Source of the DNA: a virus
IMG/VR virus record: IMGVR_UViG_3300033146_005950
Coordinates: 18,181-82,180 of that record
Reading direction: 5' to 3' (one strand)
DNA: 64,000 nt
Below, piece by piece: positions 38,015 to 47,797 of this stretch. Position numbers and translations under genes: made by a program. How positions within the stretch are numbered: the first letter of the stretch is position 1; every line of letters begins with the position of its first letter. Under the pieces are notes generated by a model that saw only the letters and a program-made list of their open reading frames with translations, made no database searches and was not told the origin of the DNA.

Positions 38015-38407
38015 TTACTCTTCTAAATTATCTGGTATTAGCGTAAATTCACCATCTTTTAAAAGTTCTATTAAATCTTGATTTATTTTTTTGACAATAT
38101 TATAGTTTGCTAATTGTTTAGAAGGAATTATTTTATCCCAAACACTTGTATCTTTATAAAATTTTGAATATTTTATATCGTAAAATTTTAATATTTTCGA
38201 TTTTAATAAATAACGAATTGTTATAAGCATTAAATCAAAGGAGTTTAGTGCTTGTTTTTCTTCTTCAGTTTTGGGATCTTTTAATATATTGCCTGCTTTA
38301 TCAACTAAACCAAGTCTTACTGCATCAAATTTATTTATGTCTTTAAATAAATTATTTGCTAATATGAAGCCAATTGCTTGTTTATCTATAAAATTGTTAT
38401 CTTTCAC
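38015..38407 (-). CDS. Conserved T4-like hypothetical protein
   Basis: FDAVRLGLVDKAGNILK...EEKQAL motif, resembling a family in T4-like head regions; GTG start. Confidence 0.65.
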   Translation of the reverse strand: MKDNNFIDKQAIGFILANNLFKDINKFDAVRLGLVDKAGNILKDPKTEEEKQALNSFDLMLITIRYLLKSKILKFYDIKYSKFYKDTSVWDKIIPSKQLANYNIVKKINQDLIELLKDGEFTLIPDNLEE

Positions 38408-38467
38408 TAATTTCCCCTAAATTAAAACTTCTTTCAAATACTAATTAATATATTTATTTTTAAAGTT

Positions 38468-39028
38468 TTAGTTTTCTAATAAGTATTCGAACGGCTCAAT
38501 TTTGTCGTAAATTAATTTCATTAAATGTTTTTGTAAACTATTTCTTCCTTTTACTCCTGCTAATATTGAATATGTTTGGTCAATGTATTTTGTTACCCAT
38601 TTTACAGGTGCAATGCTAAAGTCAGAGACATTATCTAATCTATCAATTAATTTTATTGTTAAAGCATTATCTGAAATTTTGTTCATTTTATTAATAATAT
38701 ATTTAGTTTTTCCTAAAGCATCAATTTCATTTTTATCATTTGTCAATTCTTTTACTAAATTTGCGATTGCTGTTCCAAAATAATCTTCTAAAGTTCCTTC
38801 GGTGACATCAGTGTCTTCAAGAGTATCGTGTAATAATGCCGCAGCAGCTAAATTAAAATCATCTGTTAAATTATAAATTTTAGTAAAGACTCTAACAGGG
38901 TGATTATAATAAGCTTCTTTTTCTCCAAATTTGCGTCTTTTACCTTTATGATTTAATTTTATAAAATCAATAATATCAGACAATTTTGCATTATCTAATT
39001 TCGACATTTCTTCAATTAATAAAACCAT
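38468..39028 (-). CDS. HD-domain hydrolase of the SpoT/Mesh1 (p)ppGpp-hydrolase type
   Basis: H.G..RK..E..YYNHPVRV, AAALLHDTLEDT, LVKELT, IKLIDRLDN. Confidence 0.9.
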   Translation of the reverse strand: MVLLIEEMSKLDNAKLSDIIDFIKLNHKGKRRKFGEKEAYYNHPVRVFTKIYNLTDDFNLAAAALLHDTLEDTDVTEGTLEDYFGTAIANLVKELTNDKNEIDALGKTKYIINKMNKISDNALTIKLIDRLDNVSDFSIAPVKWVTKYIDQTYSILAGVKGRNSLQKHLMKLIYDKIEPFEYLLEN

Positions 39029-39031
39029 ATT

Positions 39032-39925
39032 TTAAAACCATTTCCCAACTGTGTTTGAATTTCTTGGCGGTTGTTTATGTTCATCAGAATCATCATAAAT
39101 GACTTCATCTCTTCTGTCTTTTATATAATCTTTTATATCAAAAATATCATCTGCGTTTTCTTGGTCAACATAATCGCCAATTTGGTCTTGCATAACATCT
39201 GCCATATCATATTTATTATCAATACCTTGATGATTGTCAATATATTTTCTAATACTTAAAGTCCAGTATGCTTGACGACTTAAAAAATCGCCTGCTTCGG
39301 TTGCTCCGTCATCTACAAAAACTATTTTATATAATACTTCATCTAAACGAGATTTAATTAAGTCTCCAATTTTTGGTGCATCTAAAGATTCAAAAATTTT
39401 ACTATCATCAATTAAAAATCCTTTATCTGGGCTTGTCGTTTCATCTGATTTTTTTGATGCGTATTTTGAAGCTTCTTTAAAATGTAATTTAGGAACGTGA
39501 ATTGTTCCAATATTCATATCTTCAATTCCATACGCACTAAAATTACTTGTATGGTCTGGCACATCTTCATACTCAATCATTAAATTAAATGATCTTACAA
39601 TTTTTGTATCCTGGTCATTACTTTCTAATATATTTTGATTTCCATTTTTATCAAACTCAGTAACAAAATACTCTGCAATATTTCCATTTATTACTGTTTT
39701 TTCTGATGCGATTCTTGCGTAAGTTAAAGCATCTGTTTTATATTTTTCAGTTTCTTTTAATAACAATTGGTTAGGCATAACTGTTATTGGATTATTTTCA
39801 GTTGGGTAAAGTTCTATTTTATCATAAAAAGAGCCAAACTCATCTACAAACGGAATTAATTTAATTGATAATTCAGAAGGCTTTGAATCTTTAAGTGGCT
39901 CTTTATTAAGATTTTTTGTTATCAT
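39032..39925 (-). CDS. Neck protein (gp14-like)
   Basis: FSAYGIEDM..GTIHVPK.HF, PKIGDLI......LYKIVFVD, YWTL. Confidence 0.75.
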   Translation of the reverse strand: MITKNLNKEPLKDSKPSELSIKLIPFVDEFGSFYDKIELYPTENNPITVMPNQLLLKETEKYKTDALTYARIASEKTVINGNIAEYFVTEFDKNGNQNILESNDQDTKIVRSFNLMIEYEDVPDHTSNFSAYGIEDMNIGTIHVPKLHFKEASKYASKKSDETTSPDKGFLIDDSKIFESLDAPKIGDLIKSRLDEVLYKIVFVDDGATEAGDFLSRQAYWTLSIRKYIDNHQGIDNKYDMADVMQDQIGDYVDQENADDIFDIKDYIKDRRDEVIYDDSDEHKQPPRNSNTVGKWF

Positions 39926-40377
39926 TAATCCACCGCAATTAATATATTATGTTCTGTTTTTGATTGAGGTAATGCAAATAAAACATCAGAATTTTTTACA
40001 ATTGATTTATTTCCATATAAATATGTAAGTATTACATAATTATTTTTAATTATTGCAACTCCATAAACTTCAAAGTTAAAATTATTATTAATAAAAATAA
40101 TATCGTCACAAGAAATGTAAATTCCGTCGTCATCTTTTTTATTTGGGTTATTTATAAGTTGGCCGCCAAGCGTATAACCTGTTTCAGAGTCACTAACTTC
40201 AAATTGTTTTATATCAATTGCAGAACCTGTATTATATTCTGTGTAAGTCTTAATATTTCTTTGTTCTTCTTTAGTCAGTTGCTTTAATAAAATCACCCTT
40301 GAGCCAACAAATTCATTTAATAATGAGTCTGCAATTAAGTGTCTAAACGCGTTACTTTTTACAGCGTTTGCTACCAT
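39925..40377 (-). CDS. Putative virion structural protein
   Basis: EVS....GYTLGGQLI motif of small phage structural proteins. Confidence 0.55.
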   Translation of the reverse strand: MVANAVKSNAFRHLIADSLLNEFVGSRVILLKQLTKEEQRNIKTYTEYNTGSAIDIKQFEVSDSETGYTLGGQLINNPNKKDDDGIYISCDDIIFINNNFNFEVYGVAIIKNNYVILTYLYGNKSIVKNSDVLFALPQSKTEHNILIAVD

Positions 40378-40940
40378 CTTGCCTCCTCGTCCTCATAATC
40401 ATCATAATCATCATCATAATCCAAATAATCATCTTTATCTGGAAAGGGGTTATTTTTATGTGTTTTTAAATATTTTTGTTTTGCTTCATACTCTTTATCA
40501 ATTTCTTCTTCATAATAATCAATTATATCTTCAACAGCATCTTTTATTGCAACTGATAATGATTTTGAAGCTATATCGTAAATTATATCCCCGACTAAAT
40601 TTCTAAATTTGGTTGAGGACAAATAGTTTTCAATCTCATTTGTAATATCAATAGAATTAGTTTGTTTATTAAACGGCCCTCTTTTAATTTTTTGCTTAGG
40701 ACTTTTTTGTGTTGGTGTTGCTGAGAAAGAACTTAAAAATTCTTTCATATTTTCAGCGTCAGTATTTTGAGTGTTAGGCGTTGTTGGTAAAGGTACTGTT
40801 GGTAAAGGCGCAACGTTTTGTTCAGGTATTGCAGACTCTTCTACAACATTTGTATCATTTTTGTTTTCTGTTTTAACACCAGCACCTGATTCCACAACAG
40901 ATTTAATTTTCTCAGTAATATCAATTGTTTTTTCTGACAT
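40371..40940 (-). CDS. Hypothetical acidic, low-complexity protein
   Basis: AGGAG RBS; VVES/VEES sites; acidic tail. Confidence 0.75.
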   Translation of the reverse strand: MSEKTIDITEKIKSVVESGAGVKTENKNDTNVVEESAIPEQNVAPLPTVPLPTTPNTQNTDAENMKEFLSSFSATPTQKSPKQKIKRGPFNKQTNSIDITNEIENYLSSTKFRNLVGDIIYDIASKSLSVAIKDAVEDIIDYYEEEIDKEYEAKQKYLKTHKNNPFPDKDDYLDYDDDYDDYEDEEARW

Positions 40941-40960
40941 TTCTTTGTCTCCTATAATTT

Positions 40961-42544
40961 TTAATTATTTATTTTTGCAAGTTCACTATATTTTATATTT
41001 TGTTCTTGCCAATCATACTTTTCTTTTTTATAATGTAATTGTCTTTTAATGTAATGTTTATAAGCGTGGTTTGCAGTTCTATCGTTTAATACTCCATTTT
41101 TATTTATTTCTCTAAAATCATCAACAATATCAAACAAGAAAAATTTATTTACACCATTTTTAACTTTTCTTAAACCTCTACCAATTGATTGCAATACTTT
41201 AAATTTACTTTTATAACTTGATAAGAAAAAACCTATTTGTAAATTTTTAATATTAAAACCAGTTGAAACCGTTGCGTAAGTGGCAACTAATATTGCTCTT
41301 TTTGATTTTTCAACCTTTGCCCTAATTTTATCACGTTCTTTTGCAGAGACTCCACCGTATATTAAACTGACTTCACTATCTGGAAATAACGATTTTAATT
41401 TTGAAACAGTTTCTTTTAAATGGTCTATCTTTTTTACTAACACAATAACATTTGCATCTGTCAATTCTTTGGTTTTCCATAAACTTTCAACTTGAGGTTT
41501 TATAACATTTGTTCTGTGTTCTAAAGTTTCAATATATTCCATTTCATTCGCAAACTCCCTTGATCTGCCATATTTTTTAATTTCTTCAGGATATTTTATA
41601 ATTAAAGACTTTATAAATAGTTTAGATGTTAAATTCATATCTTCAAGTTCTTTTGCTGATATATCAACTAACACAGGTCCTAAATAAGCAAATACTGTAT
41701 ATAAACCAACTTTATCCTCAGACGCATTATGTAATGTTCCAGTATAACCTAATTTATAAGTGCAGCTCATTTTTGATAAAATATTTTTTAATGAAGTCGC
41801 CGCATTGCCGTGGCTTTCATCTGTTAAGACTGCATTAAATTGATTTAGCCAATCTGCAGATTTTTTAGTAATGCTTTGCCAAGTTGTAATTAATAATTTT
41901 TTATCAAAATTATCATTTATTCTTTTACGTTCTTTTGCAGGTATTTCAGATGAAAGAACATCAACATTATTATCAATATCTTTCCAATTATAGCTTTTCA
42001 TATCCCCGTACATCTGATTTACTAAACCTTTATTTGGAACAATTAATAAAACTTTTTTTGCTTCACCTGATGCTAATAAATATCTAACTGTTGCATATTG
42101 TATATAAGATTTGCCGCCGCCCATTGAGATTCTTATAATACCTCTTTTATGATTTATGCCCTTATATAATGATTCGACTTGAAACGGGTGAGATTTAAAT
42201 TCTTGTTGTTCATCAAGCATATCCATAAATAGTTTTGCTTTTTTTCTTGTAATAACATCTGGGTTATTAAATGTTTTTTTAACATCAAAATTAAAAGTAT
42301 ATTTTATATTGTTTGCTTCACAATAATTTAATAAAATATTCCAAAGCCCGATTGGTAATGCTCCTTTAGCCCTATCAAAAAATCTTACTTTACCATCCCA
42401 TATTTTATTTCTAAATCTCGGGCTGAATTGAGCACCAGGTTTAAATATTGCAAAGTGATTTGAAATAGCATTTAAAACAGAAGTATCTGTCGAAGTTATT
42501 TTAAAATATATTGAATTATACTTACTTATAAATATTTCTGACAT
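40961..42544 (-). CDS. uvsW: UvsW-like SF2 helicase
   Basis: FSPRFRNKIWDGKVRFF, SMGGGKS, TDESH, GYTGT, STGFNIKNL, LQSIGRGLR. Confidence 0.93.
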   Translation of the reverse strand: MSEIFISKYNSIYFKITSTDTSVLNAISNHFAIFKPGAQFSPRFRNKIWDGKVRFFDRAKGALPIGLWNILLNYCEANNIKYTFNFDVKKTFNNPDVITRKKAKLFMDMLDEQQEFKSHPFQVESLYKGINHKRGIIRISMGGGKSYIQYATVRYLLASGEAKKVLLIVPNKGLVNQMYGDMKSYNWKDIDNNVDVLSSEIPAKERKRINDNFDKKLLITTWQSITKKSADWLNQFNAVLTDESHGNAATSLKNILSKMSCTYKLGYTGTLHNASEDKVGLYTVFAYLGPVLVDISAKELEDMNLTSKLFIKSLIIKYPEEIKKYGRSREFANEMEYIETLEHRTNVIKPQVESLWKTKELTDANVIVLVKKIDHLKETVSKLKSLFPDSEVSLIYGGVSAKERDKIRAKVEKSKRAILVATYATVSTGFNIKNLQIGFFLSSYKSKFKVLQSIGRGLRKVKNGVNKFFLFDIVDDFREINKNGVLNDRTANHAYKHYIKRQLHYKKEKYDWQEQNIKYSELAKINN

Positions 42545-42689
42545 TTATTTTATTTCCTTTACGAGACTTTTTTGAATACTTATTTTTACTCTCAATTGAC
42601 TTTTTAAAAATTCCTGTTCTATCAAACTTATAATTTGTTTTAATTTCATAGCGATTACTTCTATCAATAGGCATATCAAAAATTCCTTT

Positions 42690-42941
42690 TTAATAGGGGT
42701 TTGTATTATGGTTAGTATTTGGGTTCATTAACGCTTGGTTTATTTTATCAATTTTTTTATTATGCTGATATGTCCCTGGCACAGAAGGAGCAAAGAATGA
42801 AAATGTTTCAACCTTCTCTAATTTACTTTTATTGCATTTAGGGCAAATCTCAGGGTGCCAATTTGTTTTTGATACAGAGGAGCTCTCAATATATTCGTTT
42901 TGAAAACCACAAACTGGACATTTATATTCTCTAATAGCCAT
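42690..42941 (-). CDS. FmdB-like zinc-ribbon protein
   Basis: IREYKCPVCG...CPKC...LEKV. Confidence 0.85.
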   Translation of the reverse strand: MAIREYKCPVCGFQNEYIESSSVSKTNWHPEICPKCNKSKLEKVETFSFFAPSVPGTYQHNKKIDKINQALMNPNTNHNTNPY

Positions 42942-42956
42942 TTTTAAAAATATCTC

Positions 42957-43721
42957 CTATGCTTTAATGAAAGAAATTTTTCTTTCGTTCTTTATTAAAT
43001 TAGCTAAAGTTTTTGAATTATATTCTATAAAATTATTATTATTTACATTTGTATATTCAATCACAATATTACCACATTCAGGACAGTTAAAGTTCTTAGT
43101 AGGAATATCGTGCTCAGTCTTAAAGAAATGAGGGTTCCCACAAAAAGGACACTCAAAATATAGAAAATTTGTAAGTATAAAATCTTCAGATTGAATGAAC
43201 TCATTTTCAATGCTTGAGTGCTGAGAAAAAGCATTAAATAATATTTTATTTGCATTTTCAACAGTCATATCATTTTTTATTTTTCCGTTAGGTAATACAC
43301 CAGAATGTTCAGTAGAACTTAACATTGATAAAGATATAAAAATGTTTAAAGTTGAAAAATATGAATATGCATTAGCAATAATACTATTTATCTTGTCATC
43401 ATCATATTCATCTTCATCATCTAAATTTTCATCAAAAAATTCACCTTCAAATACATTATCTGACCGCTGTGTATCTTCTTCAATTAAACCTGCATCAAAT
43501 AAAAAATCTATTGCTATTTCAGGCAAGACTTGAGATAATGCTTCATAATAATTTATTTTAGCAAATCTAAATCCTTTAATATAATTTATTAAAGTTTCTC
43601 TGTTTTTAATTGAAAACGGTACCCAAATCTGAAGTTCTCCATTTTTATTTTTTTGAAAATCATAATGTTTCATTTTTAGTAAATTAATTTTATTAAAAAT
43701 CTTATTAAGTATTTTTTTCAT
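42957..43721 (-). CDS. Hypothetical protein with C-terminal zinc ribbon
   Basis: CPFCG...CPECG. Confidence 0.75.
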   Translation of the reverse strand: MKKILNKIFNKINLLKMKHYDFQKNKNGELQIWVPFSIKNRETLINYIKGFRFAKINYYEALSQVLPEIAIDFLFDAGLIEEDTQRSDNVFEGEFFDENLDDEDEYDDDKINSIIANAYSYFSTLNIFISLSMLSSTEHSGVLPNGKIKNDMTVENANKILFNAFSQHSSIENEFIQSEDFILTNFLYFECPFCGNPHFFKTEHDIPTKNFNCPECGNIVIEYTNVNNNNFIEYNSKTLANLIKNERKISFIKA

Positions 43722-44134
43722 TTCACTTTCCTCTTTATTTTGCCGTGTTCATACTTACTTGTTATAAATTTAATTTGTTCATCTGTCAATTGATTATAAT
43801 AAATTAATGCTTCTCTTGGAGAAATTTCATAATATTTAGAAATACATTCAATCGAAAAATCTCTATCATTATTCTTATCTTTTTTTGATTTTATATAATT
43901 AAATCTATGAAATGCTTTTGGAAACACACTTTTATAAAAATTATAATGTGCTTTTTTAGGTATATTACCATTACTTACTTGATTAATTGCATTTGCTAAA
44001 TTTAAATGTAAATTAGACATCGACACAAATCTCGTTATCATATAAGGCGAATATGATGATTCTTGTTCTTCATCAAACTCAGCTTTAGTTTGTGTGATGT
44101 CTCTTAACCAATCAAATAATTGTTTTTTTGCCAT
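43718..44134 (-). CDS. Clamp-loader small subunit (gp62-like)
   Basis: LFDWLRDI..K, YSPYMITRFVS, ISKYYEISPREA..Y...L. Confidence 0.88.
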   Translation of the reverse strand: MAKKQLFDWLRDITQTKAEFDEEQESSYSPYMITRFVSMSNLHLNLANAINQVSNGNIPKKAHYNFYKSVFPKAFHRFNYIKSKKDKNNDRDFSIECISKYYEISPREALIYYNQLTDEQIKFITSKYEHGKIKRKVK

Positions 44135-44166
44135 TTTTTAACAGTCTCCTTTTTTTCAATTATTTA

Positions 44167-44192
44167 AATATATAATTTTATTTTTCAAAATA
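44167..44192 (-). promoter_or_regulatory. Replication-gene promoter motif, copy 1
   Basis: TATTTTGAAAAATAAAATTATATATT; identical at 47609..47634 and 2 mismatches from 58430..58455. Confidence 0.7.
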
Positions 44193-44265
44193 AAATAGAA
44201 AAGGTCAGAAATATTTTAAAATATTCCCAACCTAATCTAATTTTAAAAACATTAAAAGTCTTTAA

Positions 44266-44841
44266 TTAAAATACAAACTCATAATCATCAATTTTGAACA
44301 CAATATCATAAACTATTTTCTCAGCACCGTCTGCCGCGAGAGACACTTCAGGAACTGATGTAGGCCAAAGATTTTTAAGTTTTATCTTTTGCAATGGAGT
44401 CATATCGTACTTAAAAGTTGTTATAAATGCAGTAACTGCAAAACCGCCTTCTTTATGACTAAAACCAGGTAATGCTCCACCAGTTGAAGTTTTTTCTTTA
44501 TTGATATTCTGAATCACTTCTCCCCAGTTCTCAAATAGTTTTCGTACTGCGCCTGTGTTACCATCTTCTTCAAACTGAACTGTAATATCAGTCACTGGTA
44601 CTTTTTTACCAGGGTGCCAAATTTGGTCTCCCATATAATCAGACTGTATTGGATCAATTGTCCATCCTGGTATATTTACTGCTCTTACTGAAGTTGTAAA
44701 ACCTTCAGGTTGCCCGATTGTACTTGGCATACCAGCAATACCATTTAGTCTTGAAATTTCAGGAATACTAAATTCATATAACCAACTACGCTGTACATCT
44801 CTTGTTTGTATTGAAGTTTGAGGCACTGTAAATCCTGCCAT
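44266..44841 (-). CDS. Tail tube protein (gp19-like)
   Basis: RSWLYEFSIP, AVNIPG.TI, ITVQFEED, LKNLWPTSVPEVSL, F..D.Y; late motif upstream. Confidence 0.9.
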   Translation of the reverse strand: MAGFTVPQTSIQTRDVQRSWLYEFSIPEISRLNGIAGMPSTIGQPEGFTTSVRAVNIPGWTIDPIQSDYMGDQIWHPGKKVPVTDITVQFEEDGNTGAVRKLFENWGEVIQNINKEKTSTGGALPGFSHKEGGFAVTAFITTFKYDMTPLQKIKLKNLWPTSVPEVSLAADGAEKIVYDIVFKIDDYEFVF

Positions 44842-44945
44842 AATCTCTCCTTTTTAAAAATATTTTTATATCATACAAAATTAATTTCGGTTCTTTTTTA
44901 TAATTCTATTTATTTTTATTAAAGAAAGATAATTTTGATTTTTTA

Positions 44946-45107
44946 TTAGAAAAATGACTCAAAACCAAAATCGTTGCCAAAAGATTCTTCAAGTGCTGCG
45001 CCGAGTGCTTCAGCTTCTTCAATATCTTCTTCTGTAATATTAATTTCTTCAACACTATTATTTTTTTCTTCAACAATAGTTTGTTTTTTATTTTGTTTCT
45101 TTTTCAT
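44946..45107 (-). CDS. Small acidic protein (53 aa), below the ORF-track cutoff
   Basis: MKKKQNKKQTIVEEKNNSVEEINITEEDIEEAEALGAALEESFGNDFGFESFF; AAGGAG RBS; TAATG overlap with the upstream gene. Confidence 0.7.
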   Translation of the reverse strand: MKKKQNKKQTIVEEKNNSVEEINITEEDIEEAEALGAALEESFGNDFGFESFF

Positions 45108-47587
45108 TAATCTTCTCCTTTTAATTTAAGATATTCTTTTCTTTCAAATATATTCTCAGATTTTATAATATCAGGAACAAAGTCTGATATTACAACCGTC
45201 TCAACATCTTTGTTCAATAATAACCTGCTTCTACCAATTGCTTGAACCATTTCAGAATTTATATCGTCTAATTGTGTTTTTCTAAGTCCAGTGTCAAGAA
45301 ATGTAAAAAACTTAAAATAATGTTTTCCATTTTTAACACCCATTGTTGATTTAGAAAATGTATTTGGCAAAGTCAATTTAGTTTTATTTTTATTATTTTT
45401 ATTATTAAAATTTAATTTAGCAATATGTTTCAATATATAAAATTGTTCAGGTTTCCTAAATGTTGCTGCAACGACTGTGTTCTTACCGCTTAATGAATTG
45501 TATCCGGAAGTATTGCCCATATAAATTTTATAATGTTCATCAAAATTCATTTCGCTTGCATATTTTTTATATGTAATTATGTCGTCCGCGCCCGCTAATT
45601 CTGCTATTTCGGCGATTTGTTTTTTTAAATATTTGTTTTTATTAAAATTTACTTTCCCGGTTGGAATTTTTACTTGATTTAGTTCTCCTAATAATTCCAT
45701 TTCAATTTCATAAACATTAACTTTTCTATCTTTATAATATTTTTCATAAAAATCTGTATCAATTGTCGCGGATAATATTACAATTGTTTGAGAAGGAAGT
45801 TCTCTTACTGATGCAAATGTTTCATTACTTATAATAAAAGAGCCAATTAAATTTAAAGTTGTTGCTGAAATTATTTTTTTATTTTTATAAACTTTATCTA
45901 AAATATATTTAATTTCCTTCTTAGATAACGGGTTCCGTTTAAAATCACTTCTTTTATCAATTGATTTTATTGCATTTATCAAAGATAATAACGGTCCTTT
46001 TTTACTGTCTGCAATTATTTCATATATTTCATCTAATTCTGACAAGACTTTGGTCTTTTTAAATGTTGAAGTTTTAAATAATGAATTAACTGGGTCTTCA
46101 TCGTAAGCGACCATTCTAACATTTGTATTAAATTTTGTTACTAAACTTTTTTCGTGTGTTGTAAATGTTCTTTTTGATAACGGTAAATTATTTTTGCGCA
46201 GCCATTCTTTACCGCCTCTTCTACTTTTAATAAAGTTTGAAGCAGAATAATATCCCTCAATCTTATAAATGTTTGTTATTGTTTCATAATCTTCTTCAGA
46301 TAAAAAGTCTTTTACATTTAAAGATTCAAATGGCTTATCTGAGTATAAATTAATATATTCATTTATTTTTTCAGATTTTAATTGATGATTAGGAAACGCA
46401 AGTACTGAACTTTCTGCTAATTCTTTCATTGCTGCAAAAGTTTTGCCTCCGCCTGTTGGGACTTTAATTAAATTAATGCTGCCCTTCTCACTTTTCCTTA
46501 CTTTTGTTAAAATATTTTTTAATTCACTTCTTAATTTATCAATATCTCCTTTCGCAATTGGCTCCGTTTTTTTATTAAAATCAACGTCGAGCGAAGAAAA
46601 TATTTTGCTTTTTAAATTAATTTGTAAATCCGTATTATACAATGACTTACAAGCGCATTTCTTTGAACAATTTGAGCAAGAGAGATTAAATACATTGTTC
46701 TTAATAATTGATGCTTGAATAGCTTTATTAACAGCATTATTATATTTTCCGCTAATCATAATTTTTGATTTATTAAAATTTACTAAATTTGATATTGTAA
46801 TGACTTTATCCTCGTTTGAAACTTCATTAAAATCTAATTGTAAGTTCAAACATTTTATTTTTGAAATATCAAAGTCTTTAATAATATTAAACGAATCTTC
46901 AGCAATTAACAAATCATCATAATTCGTTGTTTTTTTATAATGATTTTGTTGCATATTTTTAATAACTTTTTTAATTTTCATTGACTCCATTTTGTCTCTG
47001 TCACTGTACTCATAATTTGTAATAAAGTTTAGTGATTCGACTGCATTATCATAAAATTTTTTATTTATGTCATCTGAAATAAAAATTGATTTGTACTTAA
47101 TTGAGTTATGAGATGAAATTAAAATACCGTTTTCAACAGTATTTATTTCAAAAAATTCTTTCAGGATCATATGCAGAGCTTTTTGAACACTTTTAATATT
47201 TTGGTTTGTTTTACTATTGGCTAAATATAAAAGCTGCAAATTACCGTTTCTACCGTGTAATACACAATTAGGCATTAATGGGATGTTTTTGATATAATCT
47301 AATATTTTTTGTTTTGATGTTCCGCTACTAAGACCTGCTTCAATATTAAAAGCCATAATTTGTTGATTTATATTAGTATCAAATTTAGATGCTACGATTG
47401 TTGTGTCATATAAATCACAAAAGTCTTTTAACGAATTGAATTCTCTGTTTTTATCAATATTTTTAATAAGGTCGAGCTTATTGGGTTTAGTAAACCTGTC
47501 AAGTTCATAATAAGGTCTTATTTTTCCGACCGAAATTCTTAATAATGTTTTTGCTTCAATAATTTCAAATTTAATCATTTTTATCAA
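45107..47587 (-). CDS. Large SF2-helicase-like protein, possibly origin-binding or primase-helicase type
   Basis: KVPTGGGKT (I), AYDEDP (II), ILSAT (III), MVQAIGRSR (VI). Cys cluster CSNCSKKCAC precedes the helicase core. Probable ATG start at 47578. Confidence 0.7.
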   Translation of the reverse strand: MIKMIKFEIIEAKTLLRISVGKIRPYYELDRFTKPNKLDLIKNIDKNREFNSLKDFCDLYDTTIVASKFDTNINQQIMAFNIEAGLSSGTSKQKILDYIKNIPLMPNCVLHGRNGNLQLLYLANSKTNQNIKSVQKALHMILKEFFEINTVENGILISSHNSIKYKSIFISDDINKKFYDNAVESLNFITNYEYSDRDKMESMKIKKVIKNMQQNHYKKTTNYDDLLIAEDSFNIIKDFDISKIKCLNLQLDFNEVSNEDKVITISNLVNFNKSKIMISGKYNNAVNKAIQASIIKNNVFNLSCSNCSKKCACKSLYNTDLQINLKSKIFSSLDVDFNKKTEPIAKGDIDKLRSELKNILTKVRKSEKGSINLIKVPTGGGKTFAAMKELAESSVLAFPNHQLKSEKINEYINLYSDKPFESLNVKDFLSEEDYETITNIYKIEGYYSASNFIKSRRGGKEWLRKNNLPLSKRTFTTHEKSLVTKFNTNVRMVAYDEDPVNSLFKTSTFKKTKVLSELDEIYEIIADSKKGPLLSLINAIKSIDKRSDFKRNPLSKKEIKYILDKVYKNKKIISATTLNLIGSFIISNETFASVRELPSQTIVILSATIDTDFYEKYYKDRKVNVYEIEMELLGELNQVKIPTGKVNFNKNKYLKKQIAEIAELAGADDIITYKKYASEMNFDEHYKIYMGNTSGYNSLSGKNTVVAATFRKPEQFYILKHIAKLNFNNKNNKNKTKLTLPNTFSKSTMGVKNGKHYFKFFTFLDTGLRKTQLDDINSEMVQAIGRSRLLLNKDVETVVISDFVPDIIKSENIFERKEYLKLKGED

Positions 47588-47608
47588 TCCTTTTTTATTT
47601 TCAATAAT

Positions 47609-47634
47609 AATATATAATTTTATTTTTCAAAATA
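47609..47634 (-). promoter_or_regulatory. Replication-gene promoter motif, copy 2
   Basis: Identical 26-mer to 44167..44192. Confidence 0.7.
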
Positions 47635-47797
47635 CAAATTTTTTTTAATTTAATTCATATTTTTATTTATTTTAGCTTGTATGTGTCTATTTCGTTAGTT
47701 TTATACTTTAATTATACGTATAATTTTTAATTTATATGCAGAATTATAAATGATTGATTTTTATATAGCAATTTTGAGGAACCACGACTATAGTGAT

